Shown in pieces: positions 27,342 to 36,640 of a stretch of 64,000 nt of DNA. The notes beneath the pieces are model-generated. The model ran no database searches and had not been told where the DNA came from. It worked only from the letters and a program-made list of their open reading frames with translations. Origin of the DNA: Candidatus Multivorans sp. (GTDB lineage Bacteria > Acidobacteriota > Thermoanaerobaculia > Multivoradales > Multivoraceae). Within the stretch, counting starts at the first letter, position 1. Each line of letters begins with the position of its first letter. A program made the position numbers and the translations under genes. Location of the stretch: positions 4,416,001-4,480,000 of the forward strand of contig OZ251997.1 in the NCBI GenBank assembly GCA_965247095.1, read 5' to 3'.

Positions 27342-28547
27342 TCAACCGCCGCCGGTGGCTTCGGCGCCTTCGGCGGCTGCGGCCTCAGGTTCTGGCAAAC
27401 CGGTGCAGTCGCCGCAGTGGACATCGGCGACCGCCTCGCCCGCGGCGAGCTGTGCCACCCAGTCGCGCACGGTGACGCCGTCCGACTCGAAGCTGTAAAA
27501 CTGCGGCCGCAGAATGATCGTGTGCAGCTCGCCCGGCGCGATGTAGCTCCGGTAGTTGTCCTGGTCTTCGAGCGCGGCGTCGATGTCCGCCTCGTTCGCG
27601 TCGAGCAGCGGCTGCAGGCCGTCCTCGGGGTTCGCGCCGGCGAGCATCAGGAAGCGCAGTTGGACATCGTCCTCGGCGGTGTCGTAGCGCGCGAACATGA
27701 CCTCTGGGTGGGCCTTGGCAGCCTGGACGTACAGCGCCTCGAAGGAGAAGTCCTCGTTGGTGACGTCGCTCATGTTCTCGAAGTGGGAGAGCGCCTCGAG
27801 CGTTCCCCAGGCCTCGTGCGGCCGGCTGTCGCCGATCTGCCGGTAGCCCCCGGCGCCGTCGCCGAGCGCGGTGATCCGCGCGTCGGCGTAGTGCTCCGCG
27901 AAGTGGCGCGCGTAGACCGGCGAGGGAATCGAGCCGGCGCTCGAGCCGGTGATGAAGACCGTCTCGGGTCCCAGGAAGTACTCGTAGGTCCAGTCGAGAG
28001 CGGCCTTGCCGTTCGTGTAGCCCCGGTGGTGGACGGTGACCTCGCGCGCCGGCGCCTCTTCCGTCGCCTCCACTTGGTAGACCGCGTCGCGGTCGCCGAT
28101 GTGGACATCGCCGGTGCAGTAGGGCACAAAGACGAAGCTGTGGTCGGCGAACGGGTTCTCGGGGTGGTTGAACGCGGCAATGCCGTGGGCCGCTTGCTCT
28201 TCGGGCTCGGTGCCGCTGGCGGACCGCATCTCTTCGAGCGCGGTCATCGTGTAGCTGGACTGCCCGTGCGGGTCGCAGGTCTGCGCGTTCCAGCAACCGC
28301 CGCCGCCCTGCAGGTAGAAGACGAGCTGGGTCGGATCGCCGGAGCGGACGAAGAAGCGGAAGGGCGAGCCGTCGGAGCAGGTCGTGTCTCCGCCGGGCGT
28401 GATCGTGTTCCAGCCCTCCTGCAGATCGGCGAGGGGCGCCTCGAGATCGACCGGTTCGGGTGCTTCCTCGCCCGCGGTGCAGGCGAGGGCGGCGACGGCG
28501 AAGAGGGAGGCGACCGCGAGTTGGCGGGTGAGTTGTCGGTGCATCAT
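27342..28547 (-). CDS. Pectinacetylesterase-family lipoprotein
   Basis: Lipobox ALAC, CSDGS, LQGGGGCW, PYCTGDVH, GSSAGS. Confidence 0.85.
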   Translation of the reverse strand: MMHRQLTRQLAVASLFAVAALACTAGEEAPEPVDLEAPLADLQEGWNTITPGGDTTCSDGSPFRFFVRSGDPTQLVFYLQGGGGCWNAQTCDPHGQSSYTMTALEEMRSASGTEPEEQAAHGIAAFNHPENPFADHSFVFVPYCTGDVHIGDRDAVYQVEATEEAPAREVTVHHRGYTNGKAALDWTYEYFLGPETVFITGSSAGSIPSPVYARHFAEHYADARITALGDGAGGYRQIGDSRPHEAWGTLEALSHFENMSDVTNEDFSFEALYVQAAKAHPEVMFARYDTAEDDVQLRFLMLAGANPEDGLQPLLDANEADIDAALEDQDNYRSYIAPGELHTIILRPQFYSFESDGVTVRDWVAQLAAGEAVADVHCGDCTGLPEPEAAAAEGAEATGGG

Positions 28548-28575
28548 TGTGGTTTTTCCTTGAATGGTGTGGAGG

Positions 28576-29469
28576 TCAACGGCCGGGCGCCAGGGCGGCC
28601 AGCGCCTCGAGGTCCGTGCCCGGCTTGCCGTCGGGCCGGAACGGTTGGATGCAGACGTGGTCGGCGCCGGCGTCCCAGTGGGCCTGGATCCGTTCGCGGA
28701 GCTGATCCTCGGCGCCCCAGGCGACGAGAGCGTCGACCAGGCGGTCGCTGGCCTGGAAGTCCTTCCAGTCGTCCTCGTTGAAGCCGAGTTCGAGCAGGCT
28801 GTTCCGGTAGTTCGGCGCCCGCAGGTAGACGTACAGGTTGGCGCGGCCGATCTTGCGGGCGGCATCGGCGTCCGTGGTCAGGATCACCTTCTGCTCGGGG
28901 CACAGGAGCGGTCCTTCGCCGAGGATCTCGCGCGCCCTGCGGGTGTGCTCCGGAGTGACCAGGTAGGGATGGGCGCCGTCGGCGCCTGTTGCGGCCAGCT
29001 TCAGCATCAGGGGTCTCAAAGCGGCGATCACGATCGGCGCTTCCTGCTCGGGTTCGGGTCCGCGATAGAACGCCTTGCCGACCGCTTCGAGGTACTCGCG
29101 CATCTTCGGCACCGGCGGTTTGTACTCGTGGCCTCGCAGATGGGTGACCAGGTGCGGATGGGAGACGCCGAGCCCGAGAACGAAACGCCCGGGCAGCATC
29201 TCGGACAGGGTCTTGTGCACAGCCCGCGTGGTCATCGCGTCGCGGGCGTAGATGTTCGCGATGCCGGTGGCGAGCGTCAGGCGCTCGGTGCGGCCGGCGA
29301 GATAGCCGATCAGCGCGAACGGGTCGCGGCCGATCGCCTCCGGAATCCACAGCGCTCCATATCCCTGCGCTTCGATTCCGTTGGCGAAGTCGGCCGCCTG
29401 CGGCGCCGAGAGGCCGTCGAGCCCGGCCCATACGCCGAGCCTGCCGAGAATGGTTGCTGAATCCGCCAT
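28576..29469 (-). CDS. LLM-class F420-dependent oxidoreductase
   Basis: GYGALWIPE, ATGIANIYARD, LGLGVSH, GAHPY, GADHVCIQ. Confidence 0.9.
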   Translation of the reverse strand: MADSATILGRLGVWAGLDGLSAPQAADFANGIEAQGYGALWIPEAIGRDPFALIGYLAGRTERLTLATGIANIYARDAMTTRAVHKTLSEMLPGRFVLGLGVSHPHLVTHLRGHEYKPPVPKMREYLEAVGKAFYRGPEPEQEAPIVIAALRPLMLKLAATGADGAHPYLVTPEHTRRAREILGEGPLLCPEQKVILTTDADAARKIGRANLYVYLRAPNYRNSLLELGFNEDDWKDFQASDRLVDALVAWGAEDQLRERIQAHWDAGADHVCIQPFRPDGKPGTDLEALAALAPGR

Positions 29470-29561
29470 CGCGCAAGGTTCCTCCGGTCGTGGAATGGTC
29501 GCCGACGGTATCAAGAGAGCGCCGGTCCTCGAGGAGTCGGCGGTGCTAACGTCCCCGCCCG

Positions 29562-30278
29562 ATGACGATGGCAAATGCGAGACGCGGCTGGGCCTGGGAG
29601 CACTGGTTCGGCCTGGTGGGGCTCGCCGTGTTGATCGCGGGCGTCTACATCGGCCTGTTCGTGGCGCCCAGAGAGCGCAACATGGGCGATGTCTATCGCA
29701 TCCTCTACGTCCACGTGCCGTTGCAGTGGAATGCGCTGGTCTGCTTCTTCGGCGCCGGCTTCGTGGGCGCCGCCTCGCTGTGGACGCGCAAGGCCTGGGT
29801 CGACGGCATGCTGGCCGGGGTGATCGAGGTCGGCGTCGTGCTCGAGACGGCGGGCCTGCTCTCCGGCATCGTCTGGGCCAAGCCGACCTGGGGCGTCTAC
29901 TGGGTCTGGGATCCGCGGCTGACCTTCACCTTCGTGATGTGGCTTACCTTCCTCGGTGTGATGGCTTTGCGGCGCTTCGCCGAAGAGCACCGGCGGGCGC
30001 CCTGGACGGCGGCGGCGAGCATCGTCGCCTCGGTCAACGCGCCCCTGGTCTACTACTCGGTCAACTGGTGGCGCAGCATCCACCAGATGCAGTCATCGCC
30101 CGAGACCGTCCACACGACGATGATCCTGCCGCTGCGGATCAACGCGATCGCTCTGCTCCTGGTCTGCGTGTGGTTCGTCGCCCGTCGCTCCCGCATCTCC
30201 CTGGCGCGGCGGCAGGCCGAGGCGACGCCGATGCCAGCTCGGATCGGACGGACGCCTTCAGGGCTGCTCGACAGTTAG
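29562..30278 (+). CDS. ccmC: Heme exporter protein C
   Basis: RILYVHVP, WAKPTWGVYWVWDPRLT, SVNWWRSIHQ. Confidence 0.9.
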   Translation: MTMANARRGWAWEHWFGLVGLAVLIAGVYIGLFVAPRERNMGDVYRILYVHVPLQWNALVCFFGAGFVGAASLWTRKAWVDGMLAGVIEVGVVLETAGLLSGIVWAKPTWGVYWVWDPRLTFTFVMWLTFLGVMALRRFAEEHRRAPWTAAASIVASVNAPLVYYSVNWWRSIHQMQSSPETVHTTMILPLRINAIALLLVCVWFVARRSRISLARRQAEATPMPARIGRTPSGLLDS

Positions 30279-30983
30279 GCGACACAGCAGCGTATTGTGC
30301 GTTTCGAGGTCGGCTGACCAGATCAGACGCGCTCCGTCCCGCCACTGAATGTCCTCGTAGCCATCCTTCGGTCTCACCGCGGCTGCGCTGTGCTCCACCG
30401 CTGACGGCCATTCGGCGTGGTCGAATCCAAGCATGCGCCAGCCGTCAGGCTCTGCCGTCGCTGCGAACTGGCATGGGCCGACGCCGGGCACCGGTTCGGT
30501 CTCGTCTTCGCAAGCGCGGTCGAGCGGCGCCTCATGGATCACCAGGCATCGCCAACCAGCATTCGTGACTGCGATCGTCGCTCCCGTGGCGGTATCCGTG
30601 AACTGTGCAATGAGTCCGCCATCGCCCATCTGCTGGTTACGGCGACCGATGTACTCCAGACCTGTACCGTCCTCCTTGAAGTCCTTGGCGACGACGTTCA
30701 ATTGCAAGGGGTACTCCGCGTTGAAGACGAATGTCTCGGCATTGAAGGACCGCTCCGTCGTGATCGGCGTCGAATCCTCGATGATCAGGCGTTCGCCCAG
30801 ATAGAAGGCGAACCAGTTGTCGGCCCAGACCTCGCCCTTGATGGACAGGGCGCCCGGACTGTTGACAACGGTGACGTTGGGCGGATCGTCGCAACCGGCC
30901 AGCAAGGCCGCCAAGATCGCCAACCCGAGCGGCGCGATCCGCGCCGCTCGTGAACCGGTCCATGTGCCCGTCATCGGGCGCAT
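30258..30983 (-). CDS. Hypothetical lipoprotein (start uncertain)
   Basis: LLAGC lipobox; WADNWF, GLEYIG..QQMGDGG. Confidence 0.65.
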   Translation of the reverse strand: MRPMTGTWTGSRAARIAPLGLAILAALLAGCDDPPNVTVVNSPGALSIKGEVWADNWFAFYLGERLIIEDSTPITTERSFNAETFVFNAEYPLQLNVVAKDFKEDGTGLEYIGRRNQQMGDGGLIAQFTDTATGATIAVTNAGWRCLVIHEAPLDRACEDETEPVPGVGPCQFAATAEPDGWRMLGFDHAEWPSAVEHSAAAVRPKDGYEDIQWRDGARLIWSADLETHNTLLCRLTVEQP

Positions 30984-31098
30984 GGATGACAGGTCAAGGT
31001 CAAGGTCAAGGTCTTTCGCATAGTGGGTCTCATCTAAGTGCATACGTGGAACGGTGGGTTCTGTTTCCGCGATCCAAGAGTAACCGCTGGCTAGATGG

Positions 31099-33168
31099 TC
31101 AAGGCAGCGCGAACGCCAGCAGCTCCGGCACAAAGTCGGTCTCCGCGCGCCCGGCCACGGTCAGTGCGATGTACTGCCGGCCCTCGTACACATACGTCAT
31201 CGGCGTGCCGAGGCCGCGCGCGGGCAGCGGCACCTCGGCGATCACGTCGCCGGTGCGCTTGTCCCGCGCCACCAGGCGGTTGCCGCCGTCGTCGTCGTCG
31301 GCGTGCTGGCCGTGGATCAGCAGGGTCTTGGTCAAGAGCGGCCCGGTGTAGGTGTCGCCGCCGAGGGGCGGCAGGTCGAGGTGCTCCAGGCGCGGGTGCC
31401 GGCGCAGCCGGCCGTTGTTGCCGAGCGGCTTCATCCACACGTGCTCGCCGGTGTTCAGATCGATCGCGGTCATGCGCGTATAGGGCGGCTTGAACAACGG
31501 CAGACCCTCGGGCATCTCGGGCCGCCGGCCGCGGCCGCCGTGGGTGTAGCGGAGAGTGCCGCCCTCCAGCGGATCCGGCGTGTAGAACGTGACCATGCTG
31601 AACACGTTCCTCGACGGCACGTAGAGCCAGCCGGTCTCCGGGTCGACCGCGGCGCCGTACCAGTTCGCGCCGCCGCCGGCCGAGGGCCGGAAGATCGTGC
31701 CCAGCTTGCCGCCGCGCACCGGCAGCGACGGCGGCGTGAACAGGGGGCCGATCTCGAAGTCCTTGATCACGTCGAGCGCCATCTGGCGGATCTCGGGCGT
31801 GAAGTCGGCCAGATCGTCTTCGGTCACTCCCTGGTACTCGAAGGGCACCGGCTTGGTCGGAAACGGTTGGGTGGGGGATGCCGTGTCGCCGGGCATCGTC
31901 GCCGGCGGCACCGGACGCTCTTCGATCGGCCACACCGCCTCGCCGGTGACGCGGTCGAAGACGTAGAGGAAGCCCTGCTTGCTGACCTGGGCGACGATCT
32001 GCCGGGGTTCGGCGCCGTCTCTGCCCGGAAGGTCGATCAGCGTCGGCGCGGCCGGGAAGTCGTAGTCCCAGAGGCCGTGGTGGACGGCCTGGAAGTGCCA
32101 GAGCTTGTCGCCGGTCTCGACGTCGACCGCGACCAGGCTCTCCGAGTACAGGTTGTCGCCCGGCCGGTGGCCGCCGTAGTAGTCGTTCGTCGCGGTGCCG
32201 ATGGGCAGGTAGACGATCCCGTGCTCGTTGTCGCCGGAGAGCATCGTCCACACGTTCGCGTTGCCGGAGTAGCGCCAGGACTCGTCGCCCCAGGTCTCGA
32301 CCCCTTCGTCGCCCTCCTGCGGCACGGTACGGAACACCCAGCGCAACTCGCCGGTGCGCGCGTCCCAGCCGCGCACCCAGCCCGGGATCGACTCCTTGGT
32401 GACCCGTCGGTCGGCGATCGAAGCGCCGGTGACGACGACGTCGCGGACCACGACCGGAGGCGACTGCATCGAGTAGAGGAGGGCGTTCAGGTAGTCCCGC
32501 TCGCCGCGGTTGGCGCGCGGCAGACCCTCCATCAGGTCGACGCGGCCTCCGTCCCCGAACTCCTCGATCGGCCGCCCCGTCCGGGCATCGACCGAGATCA
32601 GGTAGCCGTCCCCCGTGCCCCAGTAGACGCGGCTGTCCGCCTTGTCGCCCTCCTCGCCGTTGGTCCAGTAGGCGACGCCGCGCTGGTTCCAGACCACGGT
32701 CATCGTGGTGGTGCCCTTCTCGTAGCTCTTCGGGTTGTAGGCCCAGACCGTCTCGCCGGTCGCCGGGTGAACCGCGGCGCCTATCGAGATCGGCGTGTTC
32801 AGCAGCAGCAGACCGTCCTGCATCAGAGGCGTCGCCTTCAGGTTGCGGATGAAGGGGGCGCGCCCCGCACGCCAGAGCAGCGGATCCTCGTCGAGCAACT
32901 GGTCGAAGATCAGGTCGCGGTTGGCGTACCACTCGCCGCCCGACTCCGTCTTGCTGAGAAATCCGTCGACCGAACGCCAGCGCCAGACGTTCTCCAACTG
33001 GCCGAAGTTGCCGGCGTCGATCTGGTCGAGCGGCGAGTACTTCGTCGATCCCACGTCGCCGCCGTAGCTCGGCCACTCGCCGGCCGGCGCGCCGTGTTGG
33101 CCGCCTGACGGCGCGGCCAGGAGACCGGCGCAGACGGCGGCGGCAGCGGCGATGCGGATCCTCGGCAT
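31099..33168 (-). CDS. PQQ-dependent dehydrogenase (glucose dehydrogenase-like)
   Basis: YSPLDQI, ANVWT, HFQAVHHGLWDYD, QPFPTKP, PMTY. Confidence 0.92.
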   Translation of the reverse strand: MPRIRIAAAAAVCAGLLAAPSGGQHGAPAGEWPSYGGDVGSTKYSPLDQIDAGNFGQLENVWRWRSVDGFLSKTESGGEWYANRDLIFDQLLDEDPLLWRAGRAPFIRNLKATPLMQDGLLLLNTPISIGAAVHPATGETVWAYNPKSYEKGTTTMTVVWNQRGVAYWTNGEEGDKADSRVYWGTGDGYLISVDARTGRPIEEFGDGGRVDLMEGLPRANRGERDYLNALLYSMQSPPVVVRDVVVTGASIADRRVTKESIPGWVRGWDARTGELRWVFRTVPQEGDEGVETWGDESWRYSGNANVWTMLSGDNEHGIVYLPIGTATNDYYGGHRPGDNLYSESLVAVDVETGDKLWHFQAVHHGLWDYDFPAAPTLIDLPGRDGAEPRQIVAQVSKQGFLYVFDRVTGEAVWPIEERPVPPATMPGDTASPTQPFPTKPVPFEYQGVTEDDLADFTPEIRQMALDVIKDFEIGPLFTPPSLPVRGGKLGTIFRPSAGGGANWYGAAVDPETGWLYVPSRNVFSMVTFYTPDPLEGGTLRYTHGGRGRRPEMPEGLPLFKPPYTRMTAIDLNTGEHVWMKPLGNNGRLRRHPRLEHLDLPPLGGDTYTGPLLTKTLLIHGQHADDDDGGNRLVARDKRTGDVIAEVPLPARGLGTPMTYVYEGRQYIALTVAGRAETDFVPELLAFALP

Positions 33169-33298
33169 GTTCCTGTCTCGGGTGTGGGCGGAAGGCGGTC
33201 GCCAATCGTACCTTCCGGCCCACTGGGTCCTGTGCCGGAGACGGGTTGAAGCCGGCGCCCGGCGCTAAGCTCGCCGGGGAACCGCACAGAGAGGACCG

Positions 33299-34498
33299 AT
33301 GGGGAAATCGCAGCAGTTGCGTGTGGGCATCGTCGGCGCCGGATTCCTGGCCGAGACCAGGGCGCGCTGCTGGAGGCAGGTGCGTTCCGCCGATGTCGCC
33401 GGCGTCGTCGCCCGACGCCGCGAACGAGCCGAGGCCTACGCGCAACGCTTCGACGTGCCGGCCGTGTTCGACGATCTCGACGCGATGCTCGAGAGCCCCT
33501 CGATCGATGTCGTCGACCTGTGCGTGCCGAACAGCCTTCACCGGGAGATGACCGAGGCCGCCGCGGCGGCCGGAAAGCACGTCATCTGCACCAAACCCCT
33601 GACCGCCTACACCGGCCAGGATCTGCCGGAGTCGGCCAGCGACGACGAAGTCGCCGGCCGGGATCGAGGCGAGATGCTGCGGGTTGCGGAGCGGGACGCG
33701 CGCGCGATGGTCGACGCCGCAAGGCAGGCGGGTGTGCAGCTCCTCTACGGCGAGAACTGGATCTACGCGCCGGCCTTCCGCCGCGCTCAGGCGTTGCTGG
33801 AACAGGCCGACGGCGTGCTCCTCGAGATGCGCGGCGGCGAGTGCCACAGCGGCTCCCACTCGCCCTACTCGCGGATTTGGCGCCACACCGGCGGCGGCGC
33901 CCTGATCCGGCTTGCCGCGCATCCGGTCGGCGCCATGCTGCACCTGAAGCGGGTCGAGGGCCTGCGCCGGCGCGGCAAGCCGGTGCGGCCGGCGTGGGTC
34001 AACGCCGAGACCGCCGATCTCAGCGCAGTCGCCGGTGTACCCAAAGAGGAATTGCGGATCGCGGGGGAATGGGGCGAGGTCGAGAACTGGGGCTGCGCTG
34101 TGATCGGCTTCGACGACGGTTCGCGCGCCGTCGCCTGGGGCGGCGACCACGTCCTCGGCGGCATGGAGAGCGGCCTCGACTTGTTCGCAAGCAATTGCCG
34201 GCTACGCCTCAACCTGAGCCCGAACGACATGCTCCGGGCCTACACGCCCGACGGCAGCGTCTTCGGCGACGCTTACATCATGGAGAAGATCGACTCGGGC
34301 GCCGGTTGGACTACGCCCATGCCGGACGAGGACTGGACCTCCGGCCAACTCGGCATGTGCCAGGCATTCGCTGCCGCGCTCCTGAACGGCGAGCCCGCCG
34401 AGTCCGACGGCGAACTGGGCCTGGAGGTCGTGCGGGTGCTGTATGCGGCCTACGTGGCGGCGGCGGAGGGGCGGAGGGTTGACTGTCGCGAAACCTAG
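33299..34498 (+). CDS. Gfo/Idh/MocA oxidoreductase
   Basis: GIVGAG, PNSLH, GKHVICTKP, GGGAL. Confidence 0.9.
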   Translation: MGKSQQLRVGIVGAGFLAETRARCWRQVRSADVAGVVARRRERAEAYAQRFDVPAVFDDLDAMLESPSIDVVDLCVPNSLHREMTEAAAAAGKHVICTKPLTAYTGQDLPESASDDEVAGRDRGEMLRVAERDARAMVDAARQAGVQLLYGENWIYAPAFRRAQALLEQADGVLLEMRGGECHSGSHSPYSRIWRHTGGGALIRLAAHPVGAMLHLKRVEGLRRRGKPVRPAWVNAETADLSAVAGVPKEELRIAGEWGEVENWGCAVIGFDDGSRAVAWGGDHVLGGMESGLDLFASNCRLRLNLSPNDMLRAYTPDGSVFGDAYIMEKIDSGAGWTTPMPDEDWTSGQLGMCQAFAAALLNGEPAESDGELGLEVVRVLYAAYVAAAEGRRVDCRET

Positions 34499-34510
34499 CC
34501 ATATGGTTAG
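34495..34510. promoter_or_regulatory. Putative TA autoregulatory operator
   Basis: CTAGCCAT-ATGGTTAG near-perfect palindrome upstream of the phd-vapC pair. Confidence 0.45.
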
Positions 34511-34594
34511 CTAGATTCGTTGGGTCGGGGGCGACGTCACTACAGCGCGACTTGAATCCGGTTCGAGCGCCCCTGCCACACCAGGAGCTATGCC

Positions 34595-34828
34595 ATGCAC
34601 GTTGTCAACGTCCATCAAGCCAAGACTCAACTCTCGCGACTGCTGGCGCAGGTCGAGGCAGGTGAGGATGTTGTCATCGCCCGCCGGGGTGAGCCCGTGG
34701 CGCGGCTCGTCGGCTGCAAGCCCGTAACCAAGCGCCAGCCGGATGTCCTCAAGGGCCGGGTTGTCGTTCCGGACAGCTTCTTCGACCCGTTGCCGGATGA
34801 GGAACTGGCAGCGTGGGAAGGCAAGTAA
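34595..34828 (+). CDS. Phd/YefM antitoxin
   Basis: NVHQAKTQLSRLL..VEAGEDVVIARRGEPVARL. Confidence 0.92.
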   Translation: MHVVNVHQAKTQLSRLLAQVEAGEDVVIARRGEPVARLVGCKPVTKRQPDVLKGRVVVPDSFFDPLPDEELAAWEGK

Positions 34829-34831
34829 GCA

Positions 34832-35218
34832 GTGCATGCCCTGTTGGACACCCATGCGTTGCTCTGGTGGGTTGCCGACAGCGGGCGCCTTTCCGAGACC
34901 GCGCGTCTCGTGATCGCGGACGACGCGAACGACATTTCCGTCAGTGCCGCTTCGGCCTGGGAGATCGCCACCAAGTACCGGCTGGGCAAGCTACCGGGAG
35001 GCGAGCGCGTTGCGGCTGATGTTGTCGGCTGCATAGGCAGCCAGGGCTTCAGGGAACTGGCGATCAGTGTCGCGGATGCTGAACGCGCCGGACGGTTGGC
35101 CGGACACCATCGTGATCCCTTTGATCGAATGCTCATAGCCCAGGCGTTGGCGCGCGACCTTCCGGTCGTCTCCATTGACCGGGCGTTTGACGCTTACGCT
35201 GTCGACCGTCTGTGGTGA
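34832..35218 (+). CDS. vapC: VapC PIN toxin, intact
   Basis: LLDTHALLW, SAASAWEI, HRDPFDRMLIAQA. Confidence 0.93.
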   Translation: MHALLDTHALLWWVADSGRLSETARLVIADDANDISVSAASAWEIATKYRLGKLPGGERVAADVVGCIGSQGFRELAISVADAERAGRLAGHHRDPFDRMLIAQALARDLPVVSIDRAFDAYAVDRLW

Positions 35219-35228
35219 GGGACTTGAG

Positions 35229-35843
35229 ATGAGGAGAAACGACGTGACAAGGATGATCTGTTGGTTGGCAGTGCTGCTCATGAGCGCCGGCCCCGGCGTT
35301 GTCGGCGCCGAGGAGACGGTGGGCAAGAACCCGGGAAAGTTCAAGGGGCGGTGGCTGAAGGTCTACGACCGCGAGGCTCTCAAGTCATTCGAAGTGGTCG
35401 TCATTGGTGAGACGACGACGGATATCGCCTGGAAGAAGGCCAGCAATGAAGCGCCGTTGCAGGAGCGGGAACTGGATTCCCAGTTGCGGGAGCAACTCCT
35501 TGAGCGACTGAGCAACTTCGGGCTGTACCGGACGGTGCACTCTGAGCCGCAGGCGACGAACGAAGACAACTACATGCGGGTCGACTGTGAACTGGAAGTC
35601 GAGCCGGGCAGCCAGATGCTCCGGTACGCCGTGGGTGGAGGCGCCGGAAAGTCCAGATCTCTTCTCGAGTGTGAGTTCGTCGACCAGGCGAGCGGCCGGG
35701 TGCTGGCGCTGTACCACGGCTACGGCGCCGGTACGGGCCTCGGGTTCAAACTCGGCGGCGGCGGCGCCGCGAAGATGACGAAGGACGACAACCAGGAGAA
35801 CACGGCGAAGCTGGTTGAGCTCCTGAAACGCGTCGCTCGTTAG
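35229..35843 (+). CDS. Secreted DUF4410-like protein
   Basis: Signal peptide; PGSQMLRYAVGGGAGKS. Confidence 0.65.
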   Translation: MRRNDVTRMICWLAVLLMSAGPGVVGAEETVGKNPGKFKGRWLKVYDREALKSFEVVVIGETTTDIAWKKASNEAPLQERELDSQLREQLLERLSNFGLYRTVHSEPQATNEDNYMRVDCELEVEPGSQMLRYAVGGGAGKSRSLLECEFVDQASGRVLALYHGYGAGTGLGFKLGGGGAAKMTKDDNQENTAKLVELLKRVAR

Positions 35844-35933
35844 CGCCGGGGTAACCTACGCGCTTCTCCAACTCGGACCGGTGCAGTTGCATCGCGCCTG
35901 CAGCCGTTTCTACGCGATCACTCGGAGACAGCG

Positions 35934-36509
35934 ATGCGATTCAGCTACTGGCCCGCCCCCACGATGCCCTGGTCCGACCTGTTGGAGATGTCCCGGCACG
36001 TCGAAGCGACGGGATGGGACGGCATCTGGTACGCCGATCACTTCATGCCGAACGGCGAGGACACCTCGGCGCCGCTCGAGCCGAAGCCGGTGCAGAATCC
36101 GCTACCGCTGATGATCGGCGGCGGCGGCGAGAAGGTGACCCTGCGGATCACCGCCCAGCATGCGGACGAGTGGAACGTCTGGGGCACGGTCGACATTCTC
36201 AAGCACAAGATGGCGGTGCTCGACGCCCACTGCGAGAACGTGGGACGCGACCCGGCCGCGATCGAACGCTCGGCGGTGGCGTTGCTGTTCCTGAGCGACG
36301 ACGAGGCGTTCCTGGCGAAGGTGCGGGAGCGCGGCGCCGCGATGCCCGCGAACATCGGCGGCGTCTCGGAGATCGTCGACGCGGTCGGCGCCTACCGCGA
36401 AGCCGGCGTGCATGAGTTCATCGTGCCGGCGTTCAACCTGGGTGGAAAGGACCGGCAGAAGGAAGTCCTGGATCAGTTCATCGAAGAAGTTGCCCCTGGT
36501 TTCCGCTGA
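35934..36509 (+). pseudogene. LLM-class oxidoreductase with large internal in-frame deletion
   Basis: DHFMPNGEDTSAP joins directly to LEPKPVQ; central barrel segments absent; only 191 aa. Confidence 0.75.
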
Positions 36510-36640
36510 TCGCGGAGGAACGCACGGTCATCCCAGAAGAGGCGCGCCAGAACCGCCTACTACCCGTTCTGGTCCTCGAACAGCACATCTGAGCCGGAGG
36601 CAGCCCACCGCACGGCGGGGCGCCTGTGGCCCGGCAGCTT

